A DNA stretch of 64,000 nt, taken from the NCBI GenBank assembly GCA_030704615.1, contig CM060733.1, positions 3,906,001 through 3,970,000 on the forward strand. The letters are read 5' to 3'. A model generated the notes under the pieces. It searched no databases. It saw only the letters and a program-made list of their open reading frames with translations, and was not told the origin of the DNA. The position numbers and the translations under genes are program-made. Positions within the stretch are counted from its first letter, which is position 1. Each line of letters starts with the position of its first letter. Of this stretch, positions 34,671 through 47,961 are shown in pieces. Source of the stretch: Takakia lepidozioides. Lineage: Eukaryota > Plantae > Bryophyta.

Positions 34671-37016
34671 TATTATTTTTTTTTAAATTTTTTATAGAAG
34701 GCTCGACATGAGAGGCCAGATGTATTGATAATGATGAAAAAATAACCCCGCATGATAGGCCATGGTCGTGGTTTTATGTACTCCTTCCGCCTCCATGCAT
34801 AACATTTTTTTTTAATAAACATTTAAAGAGAGTCTATTGTATGTTTTTTTTTTTCCTTAATAATCCTATTCAAGGTAATCAATCCCAAGGTACTATGAAA
34901 TGCTGGATATCTGATAGGGTATCTATTTTTGTACGCGGGGTTGTTTACACTTGCCGAATATTCAGAATCTACTACCGACAGTTATATCAATCTTGGATCA
35001 TAGTTCATACCAGCCTACAGAGATACAAGAGATACCTTGCTTGTTCACTCTCAATATCCTCCCAACACTAAGTAGTGTGTAGTACCCATCAACTTCACCC
35101 ATACCAGATCATGTAAAAATTGCCGGGTTCTTATTTATGGCTTATTTATGGCGTAAGATATGCTTGCGGTGCGGTTGAAGAACATAAGATCATGTCTAGG
35201 GGCTCCAAGCCGAAATCCTAAAAAAGGCCATCACCCTTGGCCTCTGCAGACGGACACTGAAGTCAAACGGCATCATCAAAAAAATAAGAATAGTAGATCC
35301 AAGGCCCACCTTAGCTGTTGTAAAAGTCGTAAACATATCGATCAGGGCTCCTCTTTGTGACTTTTCTGGATTGCTCTCACTCCCATCCTTTATCGCCTTG
35401 GTTTTGCGTACAACACCCCCCCCCCCCCCTTATCCATGTAGGACACGACGCCAGTTGAAGTTAGCACAATAATACACTTCGCACATAATACACATTCATT
35501 CTTAGTCCTATTGATGAAAGTTTGTTTTAACTGTAAATTCGGAATAACATCCAAGTGGAGGTCGGGGCCTAGCTAGGGTTGGGATTCATCAAGGCCGAGA
35601 AGTCGGCCATGCTCATATGACCGGTCATTTGTCTTTGCAATTCATGGCTGCTTTCTAGCGATGGCTGTTTTGCTATATTATTCATCCCAAAGATCATCTT
35701 TCCGCATGGCTAAGAACTCCAAGTAACGACGACAAATCACAACAACAAGCCTTCATTTTGTTGTCTGTGCCCAGATTATACCAGCTAATTAAATATTTCA
35801 GAATTACCGACTTGCAGTGTGGATATCATAAAAAGTGATCGCCCAACAGTGTTTGAATGGTTGTAGTTTGTACGCTTACCACAATGTATAATTTAAGCAA
35901 GGTTCGGTTTCCGAGGCCCAAGACTCACTTTTCATCCACTCTTTCTCTTTTTAAATAACAATAATAAAAATGAAAATATGATAATCCTACATGATATTTT
36001 TATAATCTTCCTATTGTGAAGGGTGGATACTAATATATAAAATAAAAAAGGTATAAAGATAGCCCAGTAAATTGAACTTTGAAGGCAGGCCAGATGTCAA
36101 AGATCCCAAATTGGCACACCCCTCATCAACGGCATTCAATGCCGCACTCATTGTCACTCCATCCAGACCGCATTCATCATCAATAACCCTACTCGGGCCG
36201 CCCTGCCCTAATGCTGCCCTAATTCTGCCCAGTATTATCACTTTTCCATTCCATTATATTAGATTAAATTGTAGTTCTAAGTCTAATTTCTAAAATTAGG
36301 TGGCGGATAGGCACTGGCCGACACACAGATTTGCCATGCCCTCATCATCATCAAAATCCGCCCCAAATCTTTCATCATCACCATCCCCATGTATGCTCAT
36401 CCATGGCCGAGCTACATGCAGCGCGTCTACAGTGTGACACGTATGTCAGATTTATAGTAACCGCACGAACTCCTCCGGTACAACACGTGTCGCGTCCCCG
36501 TATCGACATAACGACGGCTGTCCATCGTCCACATGGCTGTAATTTCCTAAATTTCCAATTTAATTAAACATATCTATCTAGCAAATAAGTGAAACTAATT
36601 AAATAATTATTGAAATGCGGTCTGTATGTCTGTACTATGTCTGTCCAGGTCACCATATCACCGTACAGCCGTCCATTCTGCCGCTTCATCGGACGGTGGA
36701 ACTTCGAGATGTCCGTCGGCGAAGGGGGCAATTAGGGTAAGAGTGCCACGTGTCAATATGTACGCAATCCGCCATCCGCTCAGACCGAGAATTTCGTCGT
36801 GTGTATGGATGAAAAGTTGACGATTTTCGATAGAATAATATAGAGTACTTATCTTATTAGCTAATTCTGAGAGATACCTATTCTGCGATATCCAAATATA
36901 AGGATGATATGATGTATGGAGATGCATGGGTATGTTGGATGGTGTGATGGGGTAGGATCAGTCAACGCCGGGGTCCAGTTGGGTGCAGAGCCCACTTACG
37001 CGTGGGGTGCACGGTG

Positions 37017-37066
37017 ACTAGTAAGGGACTAGTCAGTGACTAGTGACTTACTAGTAAGAGACTAGT
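37017..37066. promoter_or_regulatory. Phased array of five ACTAGT palindromes, 11-bp period
   Basis: ACTAGT at 37017, 37028, 37039, 37050 and 37061, with variable 5-nt spacers. The regulatory role is inferred. Confidence 0.5.
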
Positions 37067-38685
37067 AGTAGGTAATGAGGAACGGCTCGTAGAGTTCACG
37101 GCACTGTCACACTCTCGCGTGTCTCTGTCCCGTGTGAGGGGGGGTTTCCGGGGACGTAAAAACTCTCTCTCTCTCTCTCCATCGTCTCCGCTCTGATTTG
37201 AGGTCTGTGGGAGGCTGACTGCAATTTGGGTATGGTGTATCACCAAGAAATATAGTGGAGTGGACAAGCAAGGTCTCTTCTTGGGTCTTTCTCTCCATGT
37301 CTAGAGAGGCGGCTTTTGCAGTTGTGGCTCACTTGTCTCTCAGGGTTCTTAGCAGCCGTTACGTGCTTTAGACGAGTGCCTGCCTGTAGTGTGTGTGTGT
37401 CTGTCTCTTGATACCTGTTGGATTTGTTGCGTAAGCGACAACTTGCAAGGTTCTTTCTATGTCCGTCAGGTGGTAGAAGTCTGACGCCCTCACAAGAGTA
37501 GCGTGTGTGTCCAGACTCTTCTGGAATCTTCTGGACATCTCTCTGAAGTCCTCTCTATGGGTTGCCAGCAGTAGGTGTCTCTTATTCGTGGAGAAGTCAC
37601 GACTATTCTCGGTCCTTTCTCTCCACAAGGTTATACTGGACATCGTTCTTTGTGTATTGGATAGTGGATTCTCCAGGCTCTGGACTCTCCTCCAGGAGCC
37701 GTTGGTTCATTGTCTCGAGCTCGTGCATCTGCTCGAAGACAAGTTGACCGAGCTGTCTCTCTCTCACACGCACAAACACGGGTGCGCTCAGGCAGACACG
37801 AAGCAAAATCCTTGTATTGCTCCTCCTTATTTCTTCGCCACATTTTACGACCAAGCAGACCTCTTGTGCTTTTCTCTCATCTTGTTGGCACTAGTCTGTC
37901 CTCCTTGGCATGTCAACAGATTGCGACCAGTTTGTCTAAGTTCATTTCTCTCGCCTTTGTCTCTCTCCAACATGGAAGCAGCCTTGATTTATTACTTCTG
38001 GCTGAAAAGAAGCTCTCTCTCTCTCCCCGGACTCACGAGCGCTCGGTTGTGATACCTATTATGCACCTTCGGAACTCAATGCACTCATGTGGATTGTCTG
38101 ATTATCAGTAAGCCTTTATCTATGTATCACTCTCTAACGCTTCTGAGCATCAGTGCAGGCTTCCCTGGTTCAGGACTGTCCCTCGATCTTGGAGGTACAC
38201 GAGGCTGTTTAATATCGTGCGCCATCTGCTGTCAGTTGCACTTTCCTTTCCGCATCCATTTGCAGAAAGAACTACGGACCTGAAACGCAGAGGGCTACGT
38301 TCTGTGGATATATGATACTTACAACCAGCTAGTACACTTATTCTATAAAGGCATCGAGGTATCAGCTGCCGAGCACCAGTAAGTGGGAAAGAATTCCAGG
38401 AAGAAAGTGGCACATGTGATATTAGATGCTCAACCTGCCATGCTCCAGATTGGAGGAGGGTACCTGACTTGTTCAAGAGCTGGTGTGCTTTTGGTCAAGC
38501 ACTGAGTTGCAGAAGGGATGTCGTCTAGGCAAGTATGTGGGCCGGCATCAGTGATGTTTATGGTTTCTACTTGCAGCCCGTGAGACTACAGGCGCTGGTG
38601 GTTCGTGGAGTTCAGGGTTTCGCGGGTGGAAGCAGGGAAAAGTGGTGATACAGACAGGGAAACTGATAATTGGTGAGTGGAGGAG

Positions 38686-40444
38686 ATGGAGTGTGAACTC
38701 GTTCAGTCGCAGGTGACTGGTGATTACAGGCCAGGGCAGTCTAGTGGAAAGGATTGGAGCAGACAGGATGAATGCAGCATGTGTGGCGATGTGGGATTTG
38801 CTGACCAGCTGCAGCATTGCACTTGTTGTCGTGTTCGCGTTCAACATACGTGCGTCTATCTGTGCCCTCATCCTTTGTCGATTCTCTTTTGACCATTTAA
38901 AGTTTAACTATGTTGACGGTGGTTTGAAATCGTCCTTCCGACTCGTCGAACGAATCAGAGATTCAAAGTTGAGAGTATCCTTGGAACCTTCATGTGAGGT
39001 TGCATACATGTGCGGCGGACAGTGTGAAGGTAAGTAGACTTGGGACGTTGCATTCTGCATGCCAGGCGGCTCGGAATAATATAGCGCACGGCTGCCGTGT
39101 TCGGCGTTGGAAACATTGATTTTTGCGTTTCTGACTCGCCTCTTTTGGGGTCTGAGATATCCAACAGCAATCCAGATGGAACTGTTGTTCGTGTTTACTT
39201 TACAGTAACAAGCATGTCCGACTGGTAAGTCTTCTCTGCACTGATGTGCTAGTAAGCCTTGCAATTTCGAGTACAAGATCCAGGTGCTTCATGTGGTCGT
39301 CCCACACTTAGAATCACGTGAAGTCGGAATTACTTTCAAGTGACCTCAATGAGATAAGGCCTTTAATCGAACTTGAGGTTCCACTTGATATCATAGATCT
39401 TGAGGGTCGTCTACAGTGAGCTCCCTGATTCCTTTACAATTCGTTCTTCAGAGAGCGAATGATCAATCGAATGTGGCCCAATAAAGCCAGTCTTAGACAT
39501 CCGTTAGCTTCATACAGCTTTTACGTTGAACTGGTTAACCGTGCATTCAAATCCAGATGAACACACTTGTTGCAGCTGGATCTTGGGTCAATCTATATCT
39601 GCATATTACAACTGATCTGCTTATCCCACTCCTCAGGTAGTCTCCAACTGGCTAGCCTGTACAAGGGTGTGGATCACATGATCGATACAATTCTAAACAG
39701 CTCTGCTTGCGAATGCGACTAGAAACTAACCTGAAACGAATACGACCAGAATAGGATCTCACGTATTGTCGCGTGTGATCCGATTGGCTTTGCAGATACT
39801 GCTGCATTTCCATGGAAGGTGCGGATTGTGGTGCCTGGATTTGTGACTGGTGCCGAGTAGGGAAGAAAGACAGGCGTGTGGTGGAGCAGCAGTCTCATTG
39901 TACAGCAACGTCCAGGTACCGCGCCCTTGAGTTTCTTTTGAAAGCAGCACTGACACCTCCCGATGTGGGACTCGTGTCGACACAGGCTCCAAATGAGGGA
40001 ATGCGAGCTAGTCCCAGTGGAGATTGCGGGTCTCATTATTCGTCGAGTATAGACAGCGAGAAGTTGAGCCTGGACATGGGTTCCCTCTCTTGCGGTCCTG
40101 GAGAAACAAGCTCGTCATCCCATTACCGAATGGCAGTAGACGGCAGTGTATCTGATGAGGAGGGTAGTCTGGGAACCTTAGAGGTCCGCGGGTCTGGGGT
40201 CGCCAGTTGTGACATTAAGAGGAGTCCTAACAGGCTCCGCTGCAGTGTTAGGGCATCAAACAAACTGGCTAAGCAAAAATCAATGCCCGGATCGAGAGGG
40301 AAATCATCTCCTCTGCCTTCCCGACAGCTCAAGAGGCTTTCCTCCCTCAAGGCACTGACTCGTTCCAGCAGTACCAATGCGGTTGACGGTTCACACAAAG
40401 GCCTCGTGCGTCGATTTAAGTCACTGTCTGACATATCATACTAG
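38686..40444 (+). CDS. Plant PHD-type zinc-finger protein (2 exons: 38686-38849, 39796-40444)
   Basis: Spliced product ECSMCGDVGF..LQHCTCCRVRVQHT|YCC..W.CDWC, with C-terminal RRFKSLSDIS resembling the RRYKLL motif of this small plant family. GT-AG intron keeps frame. Confidence 0.88.
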
Positions 40445-43400
40445 CTAGGTTGGTCCGCCATCCTACTTAGCAGCACACTTCATTGTTTAGTTGGATCTCG
40501 ACAAAGAGAAGAGACGAGACGAGGGTTTGCTCAAAGACGCATGTATACACGTTCATGCTGCAGTATACTACCCATGATCTAAAGACCAGTTTTTGGGATG
40601 GAGACCCCGAATCAGAAACCTGCAGGAGAGTTTCTCTAGAGCGCGACTGCAATCAAGTCTTTGTTTATATAGTTCAGTAGACTGGTCTCAAGCAGAAATC
40701 CACACTGTAGAATCTCTCTAGATAGTAGACGGTGGTGTATATGAAAGCATGAGCTAGGTGTAGAAACGTTGATGTTTTGTTCCAGAGCTACAGTCTTCAT
40801 CGATTTCTGCCGATGTGAAGTTTGTACAAGTTTTGTATTCTAGAGCTCTTCCCACGGGGAGAGACGGCCAGCTGCAACTTTCGCCTACTAGAGTGACGAG
40901 TGTTACAGTTTTCAAGAATAATCACGTAATTTGGGCGTTAGTACGGGTTGGAGGCGCAACACATACTTATTCTTACCTGAGCTCCAGTCTCACTGAGGCT
41001 TACTGGATCGAGCTTGCTATTCACCACAGTGCAGCTCTGCACTAGAGGACTACGCCGTACTGCAGCAGCCTCGGTCTGGCGGATGGTCTTGGGTTCACTT
41101 CTCCAGTCTTTCATTTATTGTGTGGTCTCTGTAGCTATGGCGAGTCTGTCCAGACAATCACTTGCAGGTAGGGTGGGCTAGTGAGGATCATATCTGCATT
41201 CTGGAGTGGCTTGCGACCTCTCTGGATTCATAAGGGACGTACAGATATCTCACACTTTCGGGTAATTCTATCAACACGTCACGACCACGACTCAGAACGA
41301 TGTGTTGGACTGGCCATATGGAGCTTTAAAGATAAGTTTTGTGGATAGGGTGGAGATGCTCTTAGAGCATGACCAGCAGTGGCGCGGTAAACAGACACAC
41401 CAACGGCATTATAATACTAGCTCCAAGCATCCAATGTGTACACAAAGTGAATGTGTGAGAAAATTGTGAAAAAAACGTTTGAGATTGAACGAGCTCTCGA
41501 GCTTCCCTGAAGTGCTCTCGTAGCTTCCCGCCACATGCTATTCCGTTGGGGTCGTCATCAGCGAGCCCGACGACATATAGAATTGGCTTTTTCCGCGTCT
41601 GCGGTGGTCGATGCATTGAGAGCAACGAAATATAATATTTAGCGCACGAGTAGGTGTCCCAGAACGACTCGATCTCAGCGTTTCTAAATAACCTGAATAG
41701 ATCGCGCCACTGACTGTAAGAGCATTATATGGGCATAGCTCTATGCCGACAAATTCATGAACTTTCGATGCGCGGTAACCCCCTGCCCTCAGACGAGGAA
41801 AACGACCAAATACACGAAAGCTGACTGACTGCTGCTCGGAAGCGTGGCAATCGCAGCGTTTTAGCGACCGCTTTTCTGAACACCTACATCTCCCTCCCCC
41901 AGTGCATTAATCATCTGAAGGCGTGCACATTGCCCAAGACAGTTTTGTCTCAAGTGCCTACCAGGAACAAGTGTCTGCACAGCACTTCGAGACTGCAAAA
42001 CTTGTCATAGTGGGCATCGGGATCCCCAGCCCATTATTTTAGATTGTTGGCGAAGCTCAGCAATGGGATGGAAGTGCAAGTCTTCGAACTAGATGTTTGT
42101 AAAGGGAGAAGAACGTATGTTGTCACTTTACCTTCATCTTGAAACAATCTACTTGTGCCATCTTTCGGGAGGAGGATGCAGAGATATTGTTTGGTCGAGC
42201 TTAGCCGCTCGGATTCAATTTTAGGTATCTAGTCCAAGCAACCCAACATCTGTTTTTCCTGGAGTGCTGGTGGAAACAAGAGGGAATTATGCCATCGTCT
42301 TCCACACTTCGACTGCACGGAATGGAAGTTTGGCTGACCAGTTCTAGCGACTCCGCAAACAAGTGTGACTGACTGCCTGCCTACCGTATGTGGATGAAAA
42401 TATAAGGTACGGAGGATGACATGCTCTTTGTGCATGCAGCAGCCAGATTCAGCAAGGACGGCTGCCGCGCAGCGTCGTCATCTTTTTTTCTCTCCTTCGT
42501 AATGAGGGCGCACGACTGACAAGCTGAGATTAGCGTTGCTCTTGCAATCGAACAGATTATAACTCTCAAAGTTCGATGAATCTTGAGAAAAAAGTACGAC
42601 GTTCGATGGGTCCCACCAAGTGCAGGGCACATTCCGGAGATGTGGAGACCTGGCTGGCCACTGAACTCGAACGACTATAAAAGCAGCTACCTACACTACA
42701 GTGATCATAATAAATATTCCAATTCTCCAAGTCTTTGATGGCCGGGTTTGTACCGGCGATACACTCTACGTACATATATATGTATGGTAGAAGAATCTGG
42801 CCTTGTCCCCCGCAATGAGGATGAAAATGGGCACGTTGTGTTGTGCTAGCTAAGTAACAGGAATGTCAACTGGCCCACTTCATTACAGTCCGGGGCAGAG
42901 ATCACCACCTCTGTCCTATGCATGCTCGGAGCTATGGCGATCGCGCGGAACAGGCGTATCCACTGGCATGGAAGTGTTGCACCTCGGCTTTCAAAGCCAC
43001 GATGCGCTTTGGGCATCTTCGAAAGAGAGAGCTTGAAAGCAGACGATGTCAAGCGGGCAGATTGACATAGCTAGAAGTTCCTGGTCAGTCAAGCCTGCTG
43101 TTCCTCCTGCTCAAGTCTGCAATTTAGCAGAAAGCAGATTGAACGATTCAACTCCTTCCGAAGACCGTTGAAGTGATCTACCCAGTTAGCTCCGGCAGCT
43201 ACAAGCTTGCAAACGGATTATAATTTGTTGTACTGTAACGATCATGGCCCAATAGTTCATGAAACAGATCATGGCTAGTTTGATATGGCGGGAGACTGTT
43301 AGCTACGGAGCGCCTCAAGAGAGATTTACCTGAACCTCCTAGAAGTGAGCTAGAAACTGTACATACAGTTGAATTTCTGCCGCATCCAGTCTAGAGCTGC

Positions 43401-43486
43401 ACAATGGAGCCTCTGGTGTCCAACTCTTTGAACACACCATTTGGCCCAGCCCTGTTGCCGTAAACCAAGACCCCAGTTTGGACAGG

Positions 43487-44356
43487 AAATGGAAATGGAA
43501 ATGGTGCTTTATAACGTCCGCGGAAAGCTCGTAGAGCTTATGGGACAAAATGGAAGAAAACATGAGAGAGGAACAAATCCAGAAACCACAATTAATGTTC
43601 TAGCGATTGTCTAAGGGTGAAGGCCTCGTGTAGGTAGGCTGCCAAGCATTTTTTATCCTCATAGTGAAAGACATCAGTGAGAGTTTGGGTTTCACTGAAT
43701 AAACAGTGGAATCTCCCACGGATCTCGTAGTATAGAGGGCAGTAGAAGAAGAAGTGTTCTTCAGTTTCAATTTCCTTGCTGCGCCCTATGCAAGCTGGAC
43801 ATAGGCGGTCCTCCCGTTGCAGGTTTTCCCATCTGCCAGTCTCTATCCGTAGGTTGTGGGAACCCACCCTGAACCGCCCCAATGCCCTCAAGAGGGAAGG
43901 AGATAAGGGTGCTGAAAGGTAATTTGGTCTCAAGATTCTATCATCGCGGAGCACCAAGAATGTCTCTCGATAGAAGTGGAGCTTTGTTGTGAGATTGGGT
44001 AGCATCCAAGTTCTCTTGACATGTAATTCCGTAAGCTCTCTCCGAATGAGTCTGTTGCGGTCGTGTCTGGATGTGATGTCCACCTTATCTGGGTTCATTG
44101 GTAATAGGAAAGCAGTAGAAAGTCCGTTACGTTGAAATAAACTGTCCACTCGAGCATACCAGGAGTTCCTGAAACCTGCAGCTTTGAGCCTCATAGACGT
44201 TGTGAGGGCCCTTGCCACTAGCCCTTTGGGTGGAAGGGCCTGCAATCTATGGAGAAAGATTGTAAGCCTGAAGAGGGCCTCGGATTGCAATGGTACACAT
44301 GCGAACTCTGCACCTAGGATCTGAGATGGAGTTGTGCTCCTGGCGCCAAGCATTGC
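43487..44356 (-). mobile_element. 5'-truncated RTE-X-like LINE, family B
   Basis: ORF2 end RFRVGSHNLRIETGRW..RLCPAC..ETEEHFFFYC.LY. (ccattt)n tail. 9-bp TSD ttggacagg (43478-43486 and 44357-44365). Confidence 0.88.
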
Positions 44357-46959
44357 TTGGACAGGCAAAACGCCCGACGGGTTAGAAACAGAAAAAATCC
44401 TCTTCCCTGCCAATTTCATGATATATTCTTTATCTCACTTCAGTTTGGGCGTCTGTGTAGGATCTCAACGGTCCATTGATAAAAACCTTCTGATAGAGCA
44501 CTCCGGATAGTCGTAAGCACACTATTAGATAGAAGTGATTTACTAGCTGCAGGCATGAGGCACTCCGCCTTATACATAGTTAAAACACCCAACACATCAT
44601 GTGAACCAACTTAACCTCGAATGCAAACCTTGGAAAGCCAAGAGAATCCCACCGGGCAGTGTCAGGGGCCCAAAGAATCACGCCAGGGCAGAATGTTCGA
44701 GGTAACCACATGGCGACCCTAGCTGAAGAGACCTAAGAGAGCCACCAAGCCAAGTCACCTAAAGCAGCTCGGGTTAAGACTGGAAACCCCGCCCAAAGCA
44801 AAAAGGCCAACCCAGACCTGGACAATAGCAGCCGGGAGAAACGCAAGTTATCCTTGGACTTAGAACAGCAAAGCCGGCAACCTGCTAGTCAGTCATAGGG
44901 GAGCAATCGTGCACCACTTGAATTATCTCGGAGAATGTCTATTTACTAGTTATGCTTGAGGTCTTAAACCCTTGCAAGCAAGACCTCTCTTCTCCCACTC
45001 CTACCCCTGGTGAACTTCGGCTCTGCTGTACCGATACAGACCTTCCAGGCATTTCTTCCTTCTCACAGACGGTCTGCGTTCTAGACATCCAATACTGATT
45101 TGTGTTCACAGGCCTGCGCAACATTCGAGGGTTTCAAACACCCACCAACGTAAATGAAAAGATCGTTAAACGGTAGTAGTGCATCGTCACTGTTTCATGA
45201 TCATTGGCACGAAGTACTAGTGCAATGATTTGCCGGTACAGGCATACGCTTTGAACGTGGCCACAGATCCTGCTTCCCCAAAGATATGCTTGGTTTTTGG
45301 TGGGTGGAAAACTGCTATTATGAGCTCCGTCGAGGCCGTTAAGAATGGATCATCATAAGCACCAACCAGTTCACTGGGATTGTGGAACGTTCGACACTTG
45401 CTTCATCTGGCATCATGCTGCACTTTCCGTGGCATAACGTTCGGCTAAACTAGACTGTTGATGGATTCCGAGAGAAAAGCCTTGGTTTTGTGGAATCAAC
45501 TCTGCCTTCAATAATAAGCACGGAGGCCTGGGCATCCCGGATACTGAGTCTCAATCCTTGGCCATGCTTGCAAAATGTATCCCACGGGCTTTAAGCCCTC
45601 AGCCATGTAGTTCTCGGGCTGCATGATTTGTAGAAACATTTCCCTCTCGAGCGGTTCTAAGAGAAAGGTCTGGTTGAACGATCTCCCTCGACTGGTTGAT
45701 CCCCGGGCCAAAATGTAATGCCTTCCTCTTTGGTGGATCTGAAATTTGGGTGACGATCTGGTCGTCGTGGATCAGAGTCCCTAATTTCTTTCTCGAAAGT
45801 TGAAGCAATTGGCTCACTGGGTTTAGGGCACAAGGTCGCCTTGCAAATGATCGTGGGTTCAAAGCCACATCAGTGTGGGTATATGGGACTGTCGATTCCT
45901 GAGGAAGGATTGGGCGAGGATTGGGCGACAGGGTTACCAATGAAAGACGATAGCGTTTCGGGTGAAGTGACACCAGAAGCTACGCTTACTTGGACTTCGA
46001 GACAAGAGTCTTCCTTCCCAAAAGTTGCCGTTAGAGCTTCCTTTTACGAATCCATTTGGTAAGCACAACTTGGACATAGAGACTTCAAGGTGTATTTCAT
46101 GTGCTGACAGGACCTCAAAATGTGCAACGCGATCTTTAGTTCATTTTCTGACGTATGTAGGAGAAGAGCCAGCAAAAGACAGTCAATAGCAAAGTCAGCC
46201 CGGTCACTTTGGAGTGTTGGTGAAGAAATGAGAACTTTCCCGTCATGGTGTGGTTGTAGGGTGGGCAGCCCACAAGATGCTTTGCTGGGTTTTGGGCTGG
46301 CCAGGCTTGGGGTGTTGGCTTGGCCACAGATAAGGAGGTGTATAGTCTCCTCAGGCCCATTTTGACTCTCCCCATGTAGGACTCTCTGATCCAAATCCGA
46401 GTTGTGGACTTTAGATCGGGCGTAATTGATATGTGGTACCTCTTGAAAGGCATTGATCATCACTTACAAACTTACATCTCTTGCATGTCTGATCTGACCT
46501 GGTTATGCGCTCCTCTAGTGCTGTCTCACCTCTCTTTTGATCCAGGGGAGTTGCTTTGGATGGTGAAAAATCCAGTTCTTTTTCTGCTTACTCTGTAACG
46601 TTGCCCGGTATCTCTCATCAACCCCACTGGCTCTGTGCGGTTGATTGGAAAATGGAATATGATACGGAAACACCTATTGCCACCCTTTTTCTTGTTGAGC
46701 TGCTATAGACCCCTGCGAGCTGCCTACTCTGTGATCTCCATGCCTCCGAGACATACAGCACCACCTGTGCCCCGCTTGCGCAGTCTCTACTATGAGATCC
46801 GTGGGAGAGAGAGATAGCCAATCTCTCCCAAGGGTCTTCCATTACTGATCGGATCAGAAATGATCAGAAATGCTTACCAGCACACCCGCATGAGGCGTTG
46901 ACTCTTAGACAATCCCTTCAGCTGCAAAAGTTGTTTTTAGGCTGCTTGTGGAGATCCCC

Positions 46960-47052
46960 TCTCTCTTTCTTATTTCATTCTTTCTCGTCGGGCCATTAGC
47001 TCTTTGAGCTTTCCGCGGTTTACTTGAAGTAGTGATCATTTCATTTCATTTT
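46960..47052 (+). mobile_element. Short 3' end of LINE family B
   Basis: ccattagctctttgagctttccgcgg followed by a (cattt)n tail. Confidence 0.55.
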
Positions 47053-47331
47053 GGTCTGCTGTCTCTTTCTATACGGCTTACTTGTGGGTCGCCCACTGTC
47101 AATCTGAGCTGCTTTTGCTGGTTCCTTCTCTACTCTCAGAATTCATTCTCCAAAAGAACTATATGAAGCTTACTCCCACATAAGTTCACGATAACTTTCT
47201 ATGAACTTTGGGCGTCCGCGGTGTAGCAAGCATTCCAGGCGTCTTTCGTAAATCATTGCTTCCAAAACCCATATCTCGGCTATTCAAAGAACGGATGCAT
47301 GCTTACCGATAGTTTTGAAGCTGCGTACAGT

Positions 47332-47332
<1 letters not shown>

Positions 47333-47396
<64 letters not shown>
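47333..47396. repeat. Compound (CT)n(AT)n microsatellite
   Basis: Directly visible. Confidence 0.9.
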
Positions 47397-47733
47397 TAGG
47401 ACTTGCTCCCAGTGTTGAGCCCACCCCTGCCACTCGACATGATCACATTTCAAGCTCGAGACCAAAACCTGCCAATCTGAAATCCAAGTTCTGTGTGAGT
47501 CCGAAGAGTTTCCAGCAGCAAGCAGCCCAGTTAGAGCAAGCATTTGTTGACTTGTTGTACATAACCGGCCGGAGTCTTTGTCGAGTAGCTCCAATTCACT
47601 CAATCTTTCTAGTTTTGCACGCCAGTCAATTTTGGAAAGGCACATGTGCATGCTTCTGCTCCTTTCTATTAGCACTCTCAAGCGAGCAATCTTAGCAAGA
47701 TCAGGTGATAGACATATATATACTGTTTTTTCC

Positions 47734-47961
47734 CAGTGTTGTGCGGGTTAGGGTCCATGTAACCCGGACCCGAATCTGCATCGTCACCAAATACCCGGAC
47801 GATTCCATTCAGAAATGAACCCGGAGCCGCCTACTGGGTGGTACAGAACCGCCCGGGCGGTGAAGCCGGTACGGTCTTTCGCCAAAAAAAACACTGGTTT
47901 AAAGTGTGATGTGCGTTCCTTAAAAAGGCACTAACTTAGTAACTACCCGCGCACAACACCG
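47734..47961. mobile_element. Probable hAT-type MITE
   Basis: Imperfect TIR cagtgttgtgcgggt / acccgcgcacaacaccg and internal acccgg repeats. No clean TSD. Confidence 0.5.

Noticed and set aside
37507-38111. 181-aa and 133-aa ORFs upstream of the PHD gene
   Set aside because: Non-ATG starts, low-complexity L/S-rich translation of CT-rich leader sequence, no recognisable domain.
43592-44419. 275-aa ORF as a host gene
   Set aside because: The TSD shows the element starts at 44356. The first ~20 codons are chance flank fused to a LINE ORF2 tail.
44600-46840. Short ORFs, possible TE remnant
   Set aside because: No recognisable motif, termini or consistent frame.
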